A program made the position numbers and the translations under genes. A DNA stretch of 64,000 bases, taken from IMG/VR virus record IMGVR_UViG_3300031414_000020, positions 7,961 to 71,960 of that record, one strand, 5' to 3'. The DNA comes from a virus. Taxonomy: Duplodnaviria > Caudoviricetes. Shown here piece by piece: positions 56,526 to 64,000 of the stretch. Numbering within the stretch: the stretch's first letter is position 1; the number at the start of each line of letters is the position of its first letter. Under the pieces are notes generated by a model, which was not told the origin of the DNA, made no database searches, and saw only the letters and a list, made by a program, of their open reading frames with translations.

Positions 56526-57764
56526 ATGAGTGGTAAACCACTGACAGTGGAGCAAATCCTAAAACAGATGCAGGAATCGAATCTGCGTGCAGTAACTGAC
56601 CCGGTTGATAAGTTCCTAGAGGATGTTTCTAAAAACGCACTCTATTGGGCTAGGATAGGGAAAGATAAAGAGGACGTGGCCAGTGGTGTGACGTTCAGTA
56701 TTCTGAATCTTTTCGATGGTACTAGCTTGGGTTCTCCCCCAATCGACATGACGTATGTACCTGACACTGATGAGCTGCCGGAAGGCGTAGAAGCAACACC
56801 AGGCTTTAATGGCGACGTGATGCTGCACGAGCTGTTCTATCCGGTCTATCGCGAGACAGCTGAGCGTATGGGCTACGAGGTCCGCGATAAAGACGTAATC
56901 GTTCCAGATGCACCGCGTGTGTTCGACGGTCGTTTACCAGAAAACCGCACCATGTTCGAGCCTATTGTCGAAGGGTCGTTGCAGGATGCTCAGGCTGAAA
57001 AGGTAGACGAGCTTGATGCTGCCGTTACGCTGACGTTGGTGAACGAGTATAAGTCTGGTATCGATAAAGTACTGGCCGCTTTACGCCCGATGCATAACGT
57101 CGATGCAGAAACACTGCAACGTGTAGCGGAACAGGTAGTGGAATCTAAGACCAGCCTCAAAGATGCAATGACGCACCTGGTGATGCGACTCAATGCGCCG
57201 CGTTTCCCGGTTGATCTGCCTAATGACATTCATGAGGCCGTAAACTGGCTGCGTGATGAACTGGGTCCAGATTTCCGTCTGTCCGATGAACATGCCAATA
57301 TCGTCGCTGAGTCGTATATGGCTAACAAGGGTAAGTTAGAGGATGCAGTGAAGTTCTTTGCTAAAGAACTCTCAGTGGAAACGGACCACCTGATGTCTAT
57401 ATCGAAAGAGGCGTCTAACCGCGCCATCCCGAACTTCAAAGCAGTGGTGCCTAAAGAAGAGCGTGTAGCTGAGTTCCTGGAGTCCGCTGCTAATATTGCT
57501 GAGTACTGGGCCGGTGAAGCTAAAACCCCGCAGGAAGCGGCTGAGGGCGCTGTAGGTAGCATGATGAAGCTGCTGGACGGTGGTGGTGATATCCCTGCCA
57601 TGAATCTCGTGCCAGCGGTGATGGATGAGCTGGTTGAAGAGTATAACAGCGAAGGGATTGCTGGTTGGCCTGCTGAACCGATTAACGATGAAACTGGACT
57701 GCATGACAACTACATTGCCATCATGACCAATCGTCGTAAGAAAACTGCATTGGCGCTGGCTTAA
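56526..57764 (+). CDS. Hypothetical protein with a duplicated terminal domain and two central helical repeats
   Basis: FLxxxxxxAxYW...SxxxLxDG...LH occurs at both ends. Confidence 0.7.
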   Translation: MSGKPLTVEQILKQMQESNLRAVTDPVDKFLEDVSKNALYWARIGKDKEDVASGVTFSILNLFDGTSLGSPPIDMTYVPDTDELPEGVEATPGFNGDVMLHELFYPVYRETAERMGYEVRDKDVIVPDAPRVFDGRLPENRTMFEPIVEGSLQDAQAEKVDELDAAVTLTLVNEYKSGIDKVLAALRPMHNVDAETLQRVAEQVVESKTSLKDAMTHLVMRLNAPRFPVDLPNDIHEAVNWLRDELGPDFRLSDEHANIVAESYMANKGKLEDAVKFFAKELSVETDHLMSISKEASNRAIPNFKAVVPKEERVAEFLESAANIAEYWAGEAKTPQEAAEGAVGSMMKLLDGGGDIPAMNLVPAVMDELVEEYNSEGIAGWPAEPINDETGLHDNYIAIMTNRRKKTALALA

Positions 57765-57769
57765 TAAAC

Positions 57770-57791
57770 GGGGACTTCGGTCCCCTTCTTT
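57770..57791 (+). terminator. Terminator-like hairpin with UUCG loop
   Basis: GGGGAC-TTCG-GTCCCC followed by TTCTTT. Confidence 0.55.
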
Positions 57792-57804
57792 AAAAGGAAT
57801 CATA

Positions 57805-58527
57805 ATGTCTCTCGAAACGATGACAGTCCTAAAGCTGGTAGACAGTATCGTGGATAAGTCCATTGGCTATCGCACCGTGCTTTTGTCTGACCACGACGTG
57901 CCACTGTTCTACGACTTTGATGCAGGCGTTAACCCAGACTTCAAACTCCACCACTTCTCTCGTGAGTTCCTGGAAACGGAAATTCAAGTCAGTAAGTTAG
58001 GTCCGGGTTATCACCTTATTCCTGATTCGTGTGTTGTGGCAACGCCAGTGGAAGCCTTACCGGAACTGAAACTGTTGTTCCACGCCTTGGTAGCCAACGT
58101 CACTATTCCATATTGCCCACACGTAAGCCAGTCACTGACACTGATGGCGGTAAACGGTCAGCTACCTTACCGTACTGAGCTGTGTGATGCTCTGAAGTCT
58201 TTCTACGCTGTATTTGATTTACAGTTAGTGCGCGCCTTAGAAGCACAGATCGATACGCAACAAGTTGGTCTGGTTGATTGTGGCGTGTATGACTTCAGTG
58301 GTAATCGTGCTGTGGGTCAAAACCCAGAACTGTACGTTCCTCTTCTGACATACCACGGCTTCGTTGCGTGGATTATCTTTGAGGTGGATAAGGAACAGTT
58401 CCGTTATCGCTTTGGTGTACGCACCAGCCCGAGAACGCAGCTGATTGAAATCCGACCTGCGCAGTTCGATGCCGATACTGTTATGGATATCCTTAACTTT
58501 GTCTGCGGTAATAAGAATGCGGTGTAG
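57805..58527 (+). CDS. Hypothetical protein (240 aa)
   Basis: AAGGA RBS; no catalytic motif recognised. Confidence 0.65.
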   Translation: MSLETMTVLKLVDSIVDKSIGYRTVLLSDHDVPLFYDFDAGVNPDFKLHHFSREFLETEIQVSKLGPGYHLIPDSCVVATPVEALPELKLLFHALVANVTIPYCPHVSQSLTLMAVNGQLPYRTELCDALKSFYAVFDLQLVRALEAQIDTQQVGLVDCGVYDFSGNRAVGQNPELYVPLLTYHGFVAWIIFEVDKEQFRYRFGVRTSPRTQLIEIRPAQFDADTVMDILNFVCGNKNAV

Positions 58528-58714
58528 TCAGTGTAGTGAGAATAAGTCACTATCGGATTTTGACGTAATGGAAAATCCGGAAGATGGTCCAATCTGCTAT
58601 GACTGCACTGACACCACTTACACTTTCAAAGGTAAGTTACTCGCTGTAGTAATCGTGCTGGCTTTTACTGTGCCTGCTTTAATAAACTTTTTCTTCTTCG
58701 GAAATAAACCATGA
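58517..58714 (+). CDS. Small Zn-finger membrane protein
   Basis: Start at ATG 58517: CSQC...CYDC followed by a C-terminal transmembrane segment. Confidence 0.55.
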   Translation: MRCSQCSENKSLSDFDVMENPEDGPICYDCTDTTYTFKGKLLAVVIVLAFTVPALINFFFFGNKP

Positions 58715-59277
58715 TTCATGCAATCGTCGCCTGGCGTAAAGGCGACTACGGTATCGGCTTTGAAAACAAACTACCTTGGCGTATTCCGTCTGACCTTAAA
58801 CACTTTAAGGAAATGACGCAGGGTGGTTCAGTTATTATGGGTTACAACACGATGCTTTCACTGGGTAAGCCACTTCCGGGCAGAAAGAACTACGTGTTGA
58901 CTCGCTTTAAAGAACTTGATCTTCCTGAAGGTTTTATCAGTGTGCAAATGGTACAGGGTCTTCGCGACTTCATGTCCATCATAGGTAAACGTGAGGATCT
59001 TTGGGTGATCGGGGGCGCGAAGACCTATAGTTGGTTGGCCGAGTATGTTGATGCTTGGGTAGTAACTGAAGTAGATGCGCCTGATGTTCAATGTGACGCT
59101 TTCGTTACCCCGCCCGACTTTACTGGGTGGGAAACCCACGATCGTGAAGTAGTTCCTTCTGAAAAGGATGAGTATCCGTACACCATCCGTTATTACTTGT
59201 CACCGAATGCTGTAGTTGAATTGGGTGAACATCGCATGGCAGTGAGTGACTTCTCATTCCCACTTAAACCAGTTTAA
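58711..59277 (+). CDS. dfr: Dihydrofolate reductase
   Basis: IGxENKLPW..PSDLKHFK, VIMGxxT, KPLPGRKNYVLT, WVIGGAKTY. Confidence 0.93.
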   Translation: MIHAIVAWRKGDYGIGFENKLPWRIPSDLKHFKEMTQGGSVIMGYNTMLSLGKPLPGRKNYVLTRFKELDLPEGFISVQMVQGLRDFMSIIGKREDLWVIGGAKTYSWLAEYVDAWVVTEVDAPDVQCDAFVTPPDFTGWETHDREVVPSEKDEYPYTIRYYLSPNAVVELGEHRMAVSDFSFPLKPV

Positions 59278-59326
59278 AACAAGGGAGGCGTAATTGCCTC
59301 CCACTTATGCCCCTAGGAGATTTATC

Positions 59327-59788
59327 ATGGTCCAGAGAGTAGCATTCCGTCCGACTGACACCAACAACGATACACCTGCCATCGAACAAAATACTTTCGT
59401 TCCATTTGATACTGGGGCGCGTATTTTAACTCTGTCTAACTTCGTTACCCATCACCAGGCTGAAGGTTATCGTGGTATTGGCGAATCGTTAACTATTTCC
59501 GGTGTCCGTCTGAACATAGGTGGCCAGTGCAAAGAGTTTGAGTTTATTGCTGGCCCTAACTATCGTGTCAAAGCCGACCCTGTTGGCGGTAATAAGATCT
59601 TTAAGATTGAAGATCTGCGTTGCTCAAGAATGGCGCTGGTTGACGACGGCGCATACCCGGTTAACTTCCTTATCAATGCCGTCTACAACAGTGAGAACGG
59701 TCAACTGATGGTAATGGGTACCGTTATTAACAACCGTACCGACAAACCTATTTCTGTAGATAAAATCTACGTTTCTTACAAGGAATAA
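59327..59788 (+). CDS. Hypothetical beta-rich protein
   Basis: AGGAG RBS before ATG 59327. Confidence 0.65.
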   Translation: MVQRVAFRPTDTNNDTPAIEQNTFVPFDTGARILTLSNFVTHHQAEGYRGIGESLTISGVRLNIGGQCKEFEFIAGPNYRVKADPVGGNKIFKIEDLRCSRMALVDDGAYPVNFLINAVYNSENGQLMVMGTVINNRTDKPISVDKIYVSYKE

Positions 59789-59790
59789 AA

Positions 59791-60663
59791 ATGAAAGAAC
59801 AATTTAAAGGTGTAATCTGCTGCGGGGAGAATATCTCTTTCCCTGCTACAGTTAGTTATCATGGTGCCGAGTACCCTGTGGTAACCGCGCCCTGTCCAAC
59901 CGGTGGTCTGCACCTGTTAGCGATATTGGATACGGCTGGTGATGTGGTCGACGTCACGCCGGTTCACATTCCTGAAACTAAGGTCATCGATAAGCCACTT
60001 CGTAGCAAAGCGTGGTTCGAAGATCGAATCTCACCAGATGAACCGAAGTTCTTCTTCACTGTCAATGCTCAGCAGAAGCACGGTCGTCCTATCCCATTCT
60101 GGTTTGGGAGAAAATGGGTTCGTCTTACTGGCTATCGAATTAAGACCCCAGATGGTCTGGTCTATGTACCGTTTGAAGACGACGTTCGTTTATCGTTTAA
60201 GCCGGTACCTGATTCGCGCTTTGCGGACATGACCTTACGGACACCAAAGACAATTCTGTCTACGGGTGGTAACAAGTACGACCTGTACGTACGCGGCATT
60301 ATTCGTAACCGGACACTGGAGATTGGAGCCTTCCCGCCTATGGTGGAGTCTCTGGTCTTTACGTCTGAGATTGAAGACACACCCAGCCTGATTCGCGTCT
60401 CAGATGACGTGGATCGTATTTGCCTCATTGACTTAAGTGAAGGCAACGAGATAACCGAGAAATCGATTGACGTTACCTACAATGGCAAACCGTACAAAAC
60501 AAGTCCGGCGGCTCGTGAGCGTGAGCAGGATAAAGTACTTGTGCTGGTTGTAACCAGTTTAACTAGTCTGAACGTTGAGTTCGGGGTCTACTTACCACCT
60601 CGCTTGGGTCCAGTCTATTCATTATCTAAATACCTTATCGGGGAATTGAAGCATGCCAACTAA
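59791..60663 (+). CDS. Hypothetical protein (290 aa)
   Basis: AAGGA RBS; tightly packed. Confidence 0.65.
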   Translation: MKEQFKGVICCGENISFPATVSYHGAEYPVVTAPCPTGGLHLLAILDTAGDVVDVTPVHIPETKVIDKPLRSKAWFEDRISPDEPKFFFTVNAQQKHGRPIPFWFGRKWVRLTGYRIKTPDGLVYVPFEDDVRLSFKPVPDSRFADMTLRTPKTILSTGGNKYDLYVRGIIRNRTLEIGAFPPMVESLVFTSEIEDTPSLIRVSDDVDRICLIDLSEGNEITEKSIDVTYNGKPYKTSPAAREREQDKVLVLVVTSLTSLNVEFGVYLPPRLGPVYSLSKYLIGELKHAN

Positions 60664-61822
60664 TATTCATCACGTCGAAGTTAAAGGCGTTGTTATTGTA
60701 ACCAACGATAGCATGCTTACCTCAACGCGTGCATCTGAAGCTGGTCGTAAGCGTCGTACGGTGAACTATGGCGGTAAATCGCTCTCTGAGATCTACGTCG
60801 ATGAGATCCAGTGTGGCGATAATATCATCTTCGTTCAGATGTCTGATGAGAACCCGGATGTAATTGCCGCCGCCAACCTTTGCATCAATGTGCAGCCAAA
60901 GGCATTCGGTTCAGAAATCGAGCAGGCGCTGCCTAAGGACTTCACCATTGAGTTTAGTGGTAAGGTGGTGGAAGATACTAAAGCAGTCCGCGAGCAGATT
61001 GACAAAATGCACTTACGTGGTTTTGTACAAGACGTCCCACCTAACTGGTCTGCTGAAACAGTTCCACTGAGCGAGGTCGTCCAGCGATTTGGTGAGAGCG
61101 CTGGTTGCAACCAACTCAACCCACGTGAGAAATCAGTTCTGGAAGCTGAGCACATCGACCACGTTGTGCCGTTGATACTGAATGTGGCTACTCACACTGC
61201 ACAGACAGCTAAAGTGGCCGGACGTGACGTACCCACAATCAACGCGGGTGAGCCTGTACCAGTAGGTAAACGTAATTACCTTATCGCCCAGTATGATCCG
61301 TATCATCGTCTCGTTCGTGCGTTTATTCTTAAGAATGTCGTCCTTAGCGATTACCTGGCCAGGGAACAGACTGCACCACACCTGTCAGACTTACCAGCCG
61401 GTCTTACCAAGTGGGTACCGACATCGGAGTTCAAAGATATCGATGTTACCTTCCTCGATTCAGAACAGCAGAGCAAGCGTTACGTTATCTCTCTGCACTG
61501 TGGGATGCTTGTGTGGAACGACCCTAACTTGGTCATTGATCGCGGCGACTGTGAGTTTGTCATTGTTAACCCGACCACCACAGTACCTACTGGCCCGGTC
61601 AAGGTCTTAGTTCTGGACTACGACACAATCCCAGGAACTCCGACCCGTATGTACACTTCCGACGAGGTCGATCTGTCTATCGTAAATGGTAACTTCAAAC
61701 TGGAGCCAATTAAGTCTGGTCTGGCAGGTGCTAGGGTAGGCGACCAGTGGCTGCACGAAGTTATGCCGTACTCATTCATCATCCATCAAAACAACCCGGG
61801 CTATCCGCGTTTCAGGGAATAA
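60653..61822 (+). CDS. Hypothetical protein (389 aa)
   Basis: Long overlapping ORF. Confidence 0.65.
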   Translation: MPTNIHHVEVKGVVIVTNDSMLTSTRASEAGRKRRTVNYGGKSLSEIYVDEIQCGDNIIFVQMSDENPDVIAAANLCINVQPKAFGSEIEQALPKDFTIEFSGKVVEDTKAVREQIDKMHLRGFVQDVPPNWSAETVPLSEVVQRFGESAGCNQLNPREKSVLEAEHIDHVVPLILNVATHTAQTAKVAGRDVPTINAGEPVPVGKRNYLIAQYDPYHRLVRAFILKNVVLSDYLAREQTAPHLSDLPAGLTKWVPTSEFKDIDVTFLDSEQQSKRYVISLHCGMLVWNDPNLVIDRGDCEFVIVNPTTTVPTGPVKVLVLDYDTIPGTPTRMYTSDEVDLSIVNGNFKLEPIKSGLAGARVGDQWLHEVMPYSFIIHQNNPGYPRFRE

Positions 61823-61824
61823 CA

Positions 61825-62262
61825 ATGGCAAGTTTAAGTAAGATCATCAATCGTCTTGAAAACGACCAGCGTAAGTATGTTGAATCGCAGGAAGCGTTAG
61901 ACAAGGCAGTTTGTAGCAAAGTACTCGCCGCTTTGGATGCAATCGGCAATGTCGACGATATCCCGTCTAAGGTCACGCAGACTTCCAACAAGACCGATGT
62001 TGATTTCACCTTCAGCACGTTCACCGCTGCCATACGCGATGAAGTGAAAGAGGGTAGTCGCGATACCGATAAGAACTGGAAAGTTATTTATCTCAACTTC
62101 TTCCCTGGGCTTATTGTGCGCGAGGGTAATCACACTCGTCAGGCTATCTTCGATACGATACATTCTGAACTTGGTTTAGACACATCGTATCAAGGTGCCC
62201 ATTCGCTGCGCGTAGAACTGCTCAACGATAAGTTGTACATCACAATCAAAGCTAAGCAGTAA
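61825..62262 (+). CDS. Hypothetical protein
   Basis: ATG 61825 directly after the previous stop; followed by a terminator. Confidence 0.65.
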   Translation: MASLSKIINRLENDQRKYVESQEALDKAVCSKVLAALDAIGNVDDIPSKVTQTSNKTDVDFTFSTFTAAIRDEVKEGSRDTDKNWKVIYLNFFPGLIVREGNHTRQAIFDTIHSELGLDTSYQGAHSLRVELLNDKLYITIKAKQ

Positions 62263-62269
62263 TTACCAC

Positions 62270-62297
62270 GCCTCCTACCTTCGGGTAGGAGGCTTTT
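62270..62297 (+). terminator. Intrinsic terminator with UUCG loop
   Basis: GCCTCCTACC-TTCG-GGTAGGAGGC followed by TTTT. Confidence 0.8.
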
Positions 62298-62333
62298 ACA
62301 CCTCTTTCTTTTTTTTTGTCTTTAAATGGACTA

Positions 62334-62388
62334 GCGCATAAAAAGCCTCTCCTCCCGTTGTCGGGGAGGAGAGGGAGGCAATTGCCTC
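62334..62388 (-). terminator. Terminator for the helicase gene (convergent-junction family)
   Basis: GCGCATAAAAAGCCTCTCCTCCC-GTTGTC-GGGGAGGAGAGG; gives TTTTTATGC on the minus strand. Confidence 0.65.
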
Positions 62389-62415
62389 GTGTATTAACAA
62401 TGGATTCGTTTTGTA

Positions 62416-63984
62416 TTAAGCAGCCGAGGAGAAGTCCATCCAGCCACTACCACCACCTTCTGCGTTAGTGTTGCCTGCAACACGCCTACGAGACATGTCA
62501 GGCCCACCGACGTCTTCCGGGATACCCAAGACAGGGTGGAACTTGTAAACGCAATACAGATCTTCTTCTTTCGTAATACCCACCTTACGGTGTTTACCAC
62601 GTTGGATGGTCAGGTAAGACACACCATCGACTTTCTCAATGTGGATGAGCAGCTCAAGGTCAACTTCCTGATCGATAACACGACAACCATCCCAATAGCC
62701 TTTGTTAGCAATTTCTTTAACAAAGGACTCAGTACCATTACGCAGTAAGTTCTTCGCCTCAGAACTAATCTGATGCGGTGTAAGAACAGCAATACCACGT
62801 GGGTTACAGTAGTTACGAACACGACGGAACAAGTCACGCACATCCGTACCTGTAGCACCAGTAACACAACCTTCTTTCGACATCATGTTCAGATAGTCGA
62901 TTGTCATCAAGTGAATCTCATAACCCTGAGACTCGTACTTAGCTAACAGGTTGAACAGTTTCTGGTAAGTGAACATACTTGGGTTAACACGAAGCATTTT
63001 AACCGTGTAGCCAGTACGTTCCAGATGACGCTTAACGTAATCTGCAATTTCAGCATAAAGCTCTGGAGAATTCTTAGCACGTTCAGACAGATCAGTGATT
63101 TCAAGTTTCTCACCGGTCTCTTGTGCTTTCAACGTCACGTAGATTTGGATAACGTTGTCTTTTACGGAGTTCTCTGTGGAGATGTGAAGGATAAGCGGCT
63201 TCTTACTTGGGTCACGCATGTACGGCGTTGCGTTCATTGCGATCTGACGCGTTAGGTCTAAAGTAAAGCCAGTTTTAAAGTTGTGCTGTAATGCGCCGAC
63301 AACCATGAAGTCGCCACGACGGAAACCATTATACTCACCGAGCATACGGTTAAGTCCTTGCCAGCGGGTATGCATAATACCTTCTGTACCAGACTCTTCC
63401 AGACCACGACGAATAGCATCTGTCAATGTAGAGACTTGAGTGGTGTCGACTTCGTCAACAATGGCACCATCGGATACTTCGAACCGTTGGCCACTAAAAG
63501 GTTCCAGTTCACCTTTGAACTGAGACATAAAGGTAGACCAGTTAATACTCTCTTCATCGAAAGCTAACTGAGAACTATATTTCTTCACGACAGATTTTAT
63601 GTCTTCACGCTCTTTGTATGCATAAAGATCATTACGGTGTTCTTCACACTGTGACTTAATATACTCTGCCGTTTCCTCGTGGTCCAATGCTGCTTCAATA
63701 ACAGTCATTAAACCAGGTTCCTGAGACACGTTCACACGCAAACGTTGCAGCAATGCTGCTTTATCGTATGTATGGGCATGTGATTGCTCAGCCATCCATG
63801 CTGCTGTGGACTTCAATCCATTCAGTGCATCAGTGATGGTTTCCGACCCAAAGCCATTGTCGATAGTTTTAACCTTCGACAGCAGTTCCTTTACTAAAGA
63901 AGCTGAGTTGTCTATCGGGTTCGGCACGCGGGATTCCCAATAGAGTAACATGATGCATTTGAATAAAACGAGTTTAGTATCCAT
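62416..63984 (-). CDS. dnaB: DnaB-like replicative helicase (phiKZ gp118-like)
   Basis: RWQGLNRMLG..GFRRG, atypical Walker A GALQHNFKT, STEN, Walker B IDYLNM, TPHQ, DQEVD, RGKHR Arg finger. Confidence 0.88.
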   Translation of the reverse strand: MDTKLVLFKCIMLLYWESRVPNPIDNSASLVKELLSKVKTIDNGFGSETITDALNGLKSTAAWMAEQSHAHTYDKAALLQRLRVNVSQEPGLMTVIEAALDHEETAEYIKSQCEEHRNDLYAYKEREDIKSVVKKYSSQLAFDEESINWSTFMSQFKGELEPFSGQRFEVSDGAIVDEVDTTQVSTLTDAIRRGLEESGTEGIMHTRWQGLNRMLGEYNGFRRGDFMVVGALQHNFKTGFTLDLTRQIAMNATPYMRDPSKKPLILHISTENSVKDNVIQIYVTLKAQETGEKLEITDLSERAKNSPELYAEIADYVKRHLERTGYTVKMLRVNPSMFTYQKLFNLLAKYESQGYEIHLMTIDYLNMMSKEGCVTGATGTDVRDLFRRVRNYCNPRGIAVLTPHQISSEAKNLLRNGTESFVKEIANKGYWDGCRVIDQEVDLELLIHIEKVDGVSYLTIQRGKHRKVGITKEEDLYCVYKFHPVLGIPEDVGGPDMSRRRVAGNTNAEGGGSGWMDFSSAA

Positions 63985-64000
63985 TGTACGTGTTACCTTG

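Noticed and set aside
57805-58527. Thymidylate or deoxynucleoside kinase next to DHFR
   Set aside because: Position is suggestive, but there is no P-loop GxxxxGK(S/T).
13389-61824. Upstream TTG/GTG starts given in the ORF track (13389, 23623, 35636, 58445, 59294, 61747)
   Set aside because: Downstream ATGs have better RBS or stop-start coupling; the extensions run through terminators or the previous gene.
1-64000. CRISPR array, tRNA or rRNA genes
   Set aside because: No regularly spaced repeat-spacer units; intergenic hairpins are single stems, not cloverleaves. A tRNAscan-SE run would be needed to exclude atypical tRNAs.
1-64000. Inteins, introns, homing endonucleases or transposases in RNAP, polymerase and helicase genes
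   Set aside because: ORFs are continuous and of expected length; no LAGLIDADG, HNH, GIY-YIG, intein splice motifs or DDE signatures were recognised.

Overview
This window is best explained as part of a phiKZ-related, nucleus-forming jumbo phage genome (Chimalliviridae-like, about 50% GC), not a bacterial chromosome. Order along the window: small accessory genes including an HslV-like Ntn protease; the non-virion RNA polymerase block (gp68-, PicA/gp69- and gp70-like genes, beta- and beta'-like subunits, SF2 helicase); a 4-gene paralog array; a virion RNAP beta'-like subunit; the exonuclease-containing half of a split family-B DNA polymerase; a long head/inner-body and baseplate structural region with 8 tandem internal-head paralogs; a Tad1-like gene; tail-hub genes; an accessory cluster (Cys-His-Asp enzyme, metallophosphoesterase, ART-like protein, duplicated-domain protein, DHFR); and a DnaB-like helicase. 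phiKZ gene-number equivalents come from recalled motifs and synteny, with no database search run. No tRNA, rRNA, CRISPR array, intron or transposase was recognised. Most interesting: a divergent Tad1-family signal-sponge candidate at the end of a head-protein unit, possibly with a second degenerate copy next to it; an accessory cluster behind a putative early promoter; a FUS-like prion-like tail beside PicA; a paralog array with a terminase-like N-terminal motif; and a family of GCATAA...TTATGC-flanked terminators.
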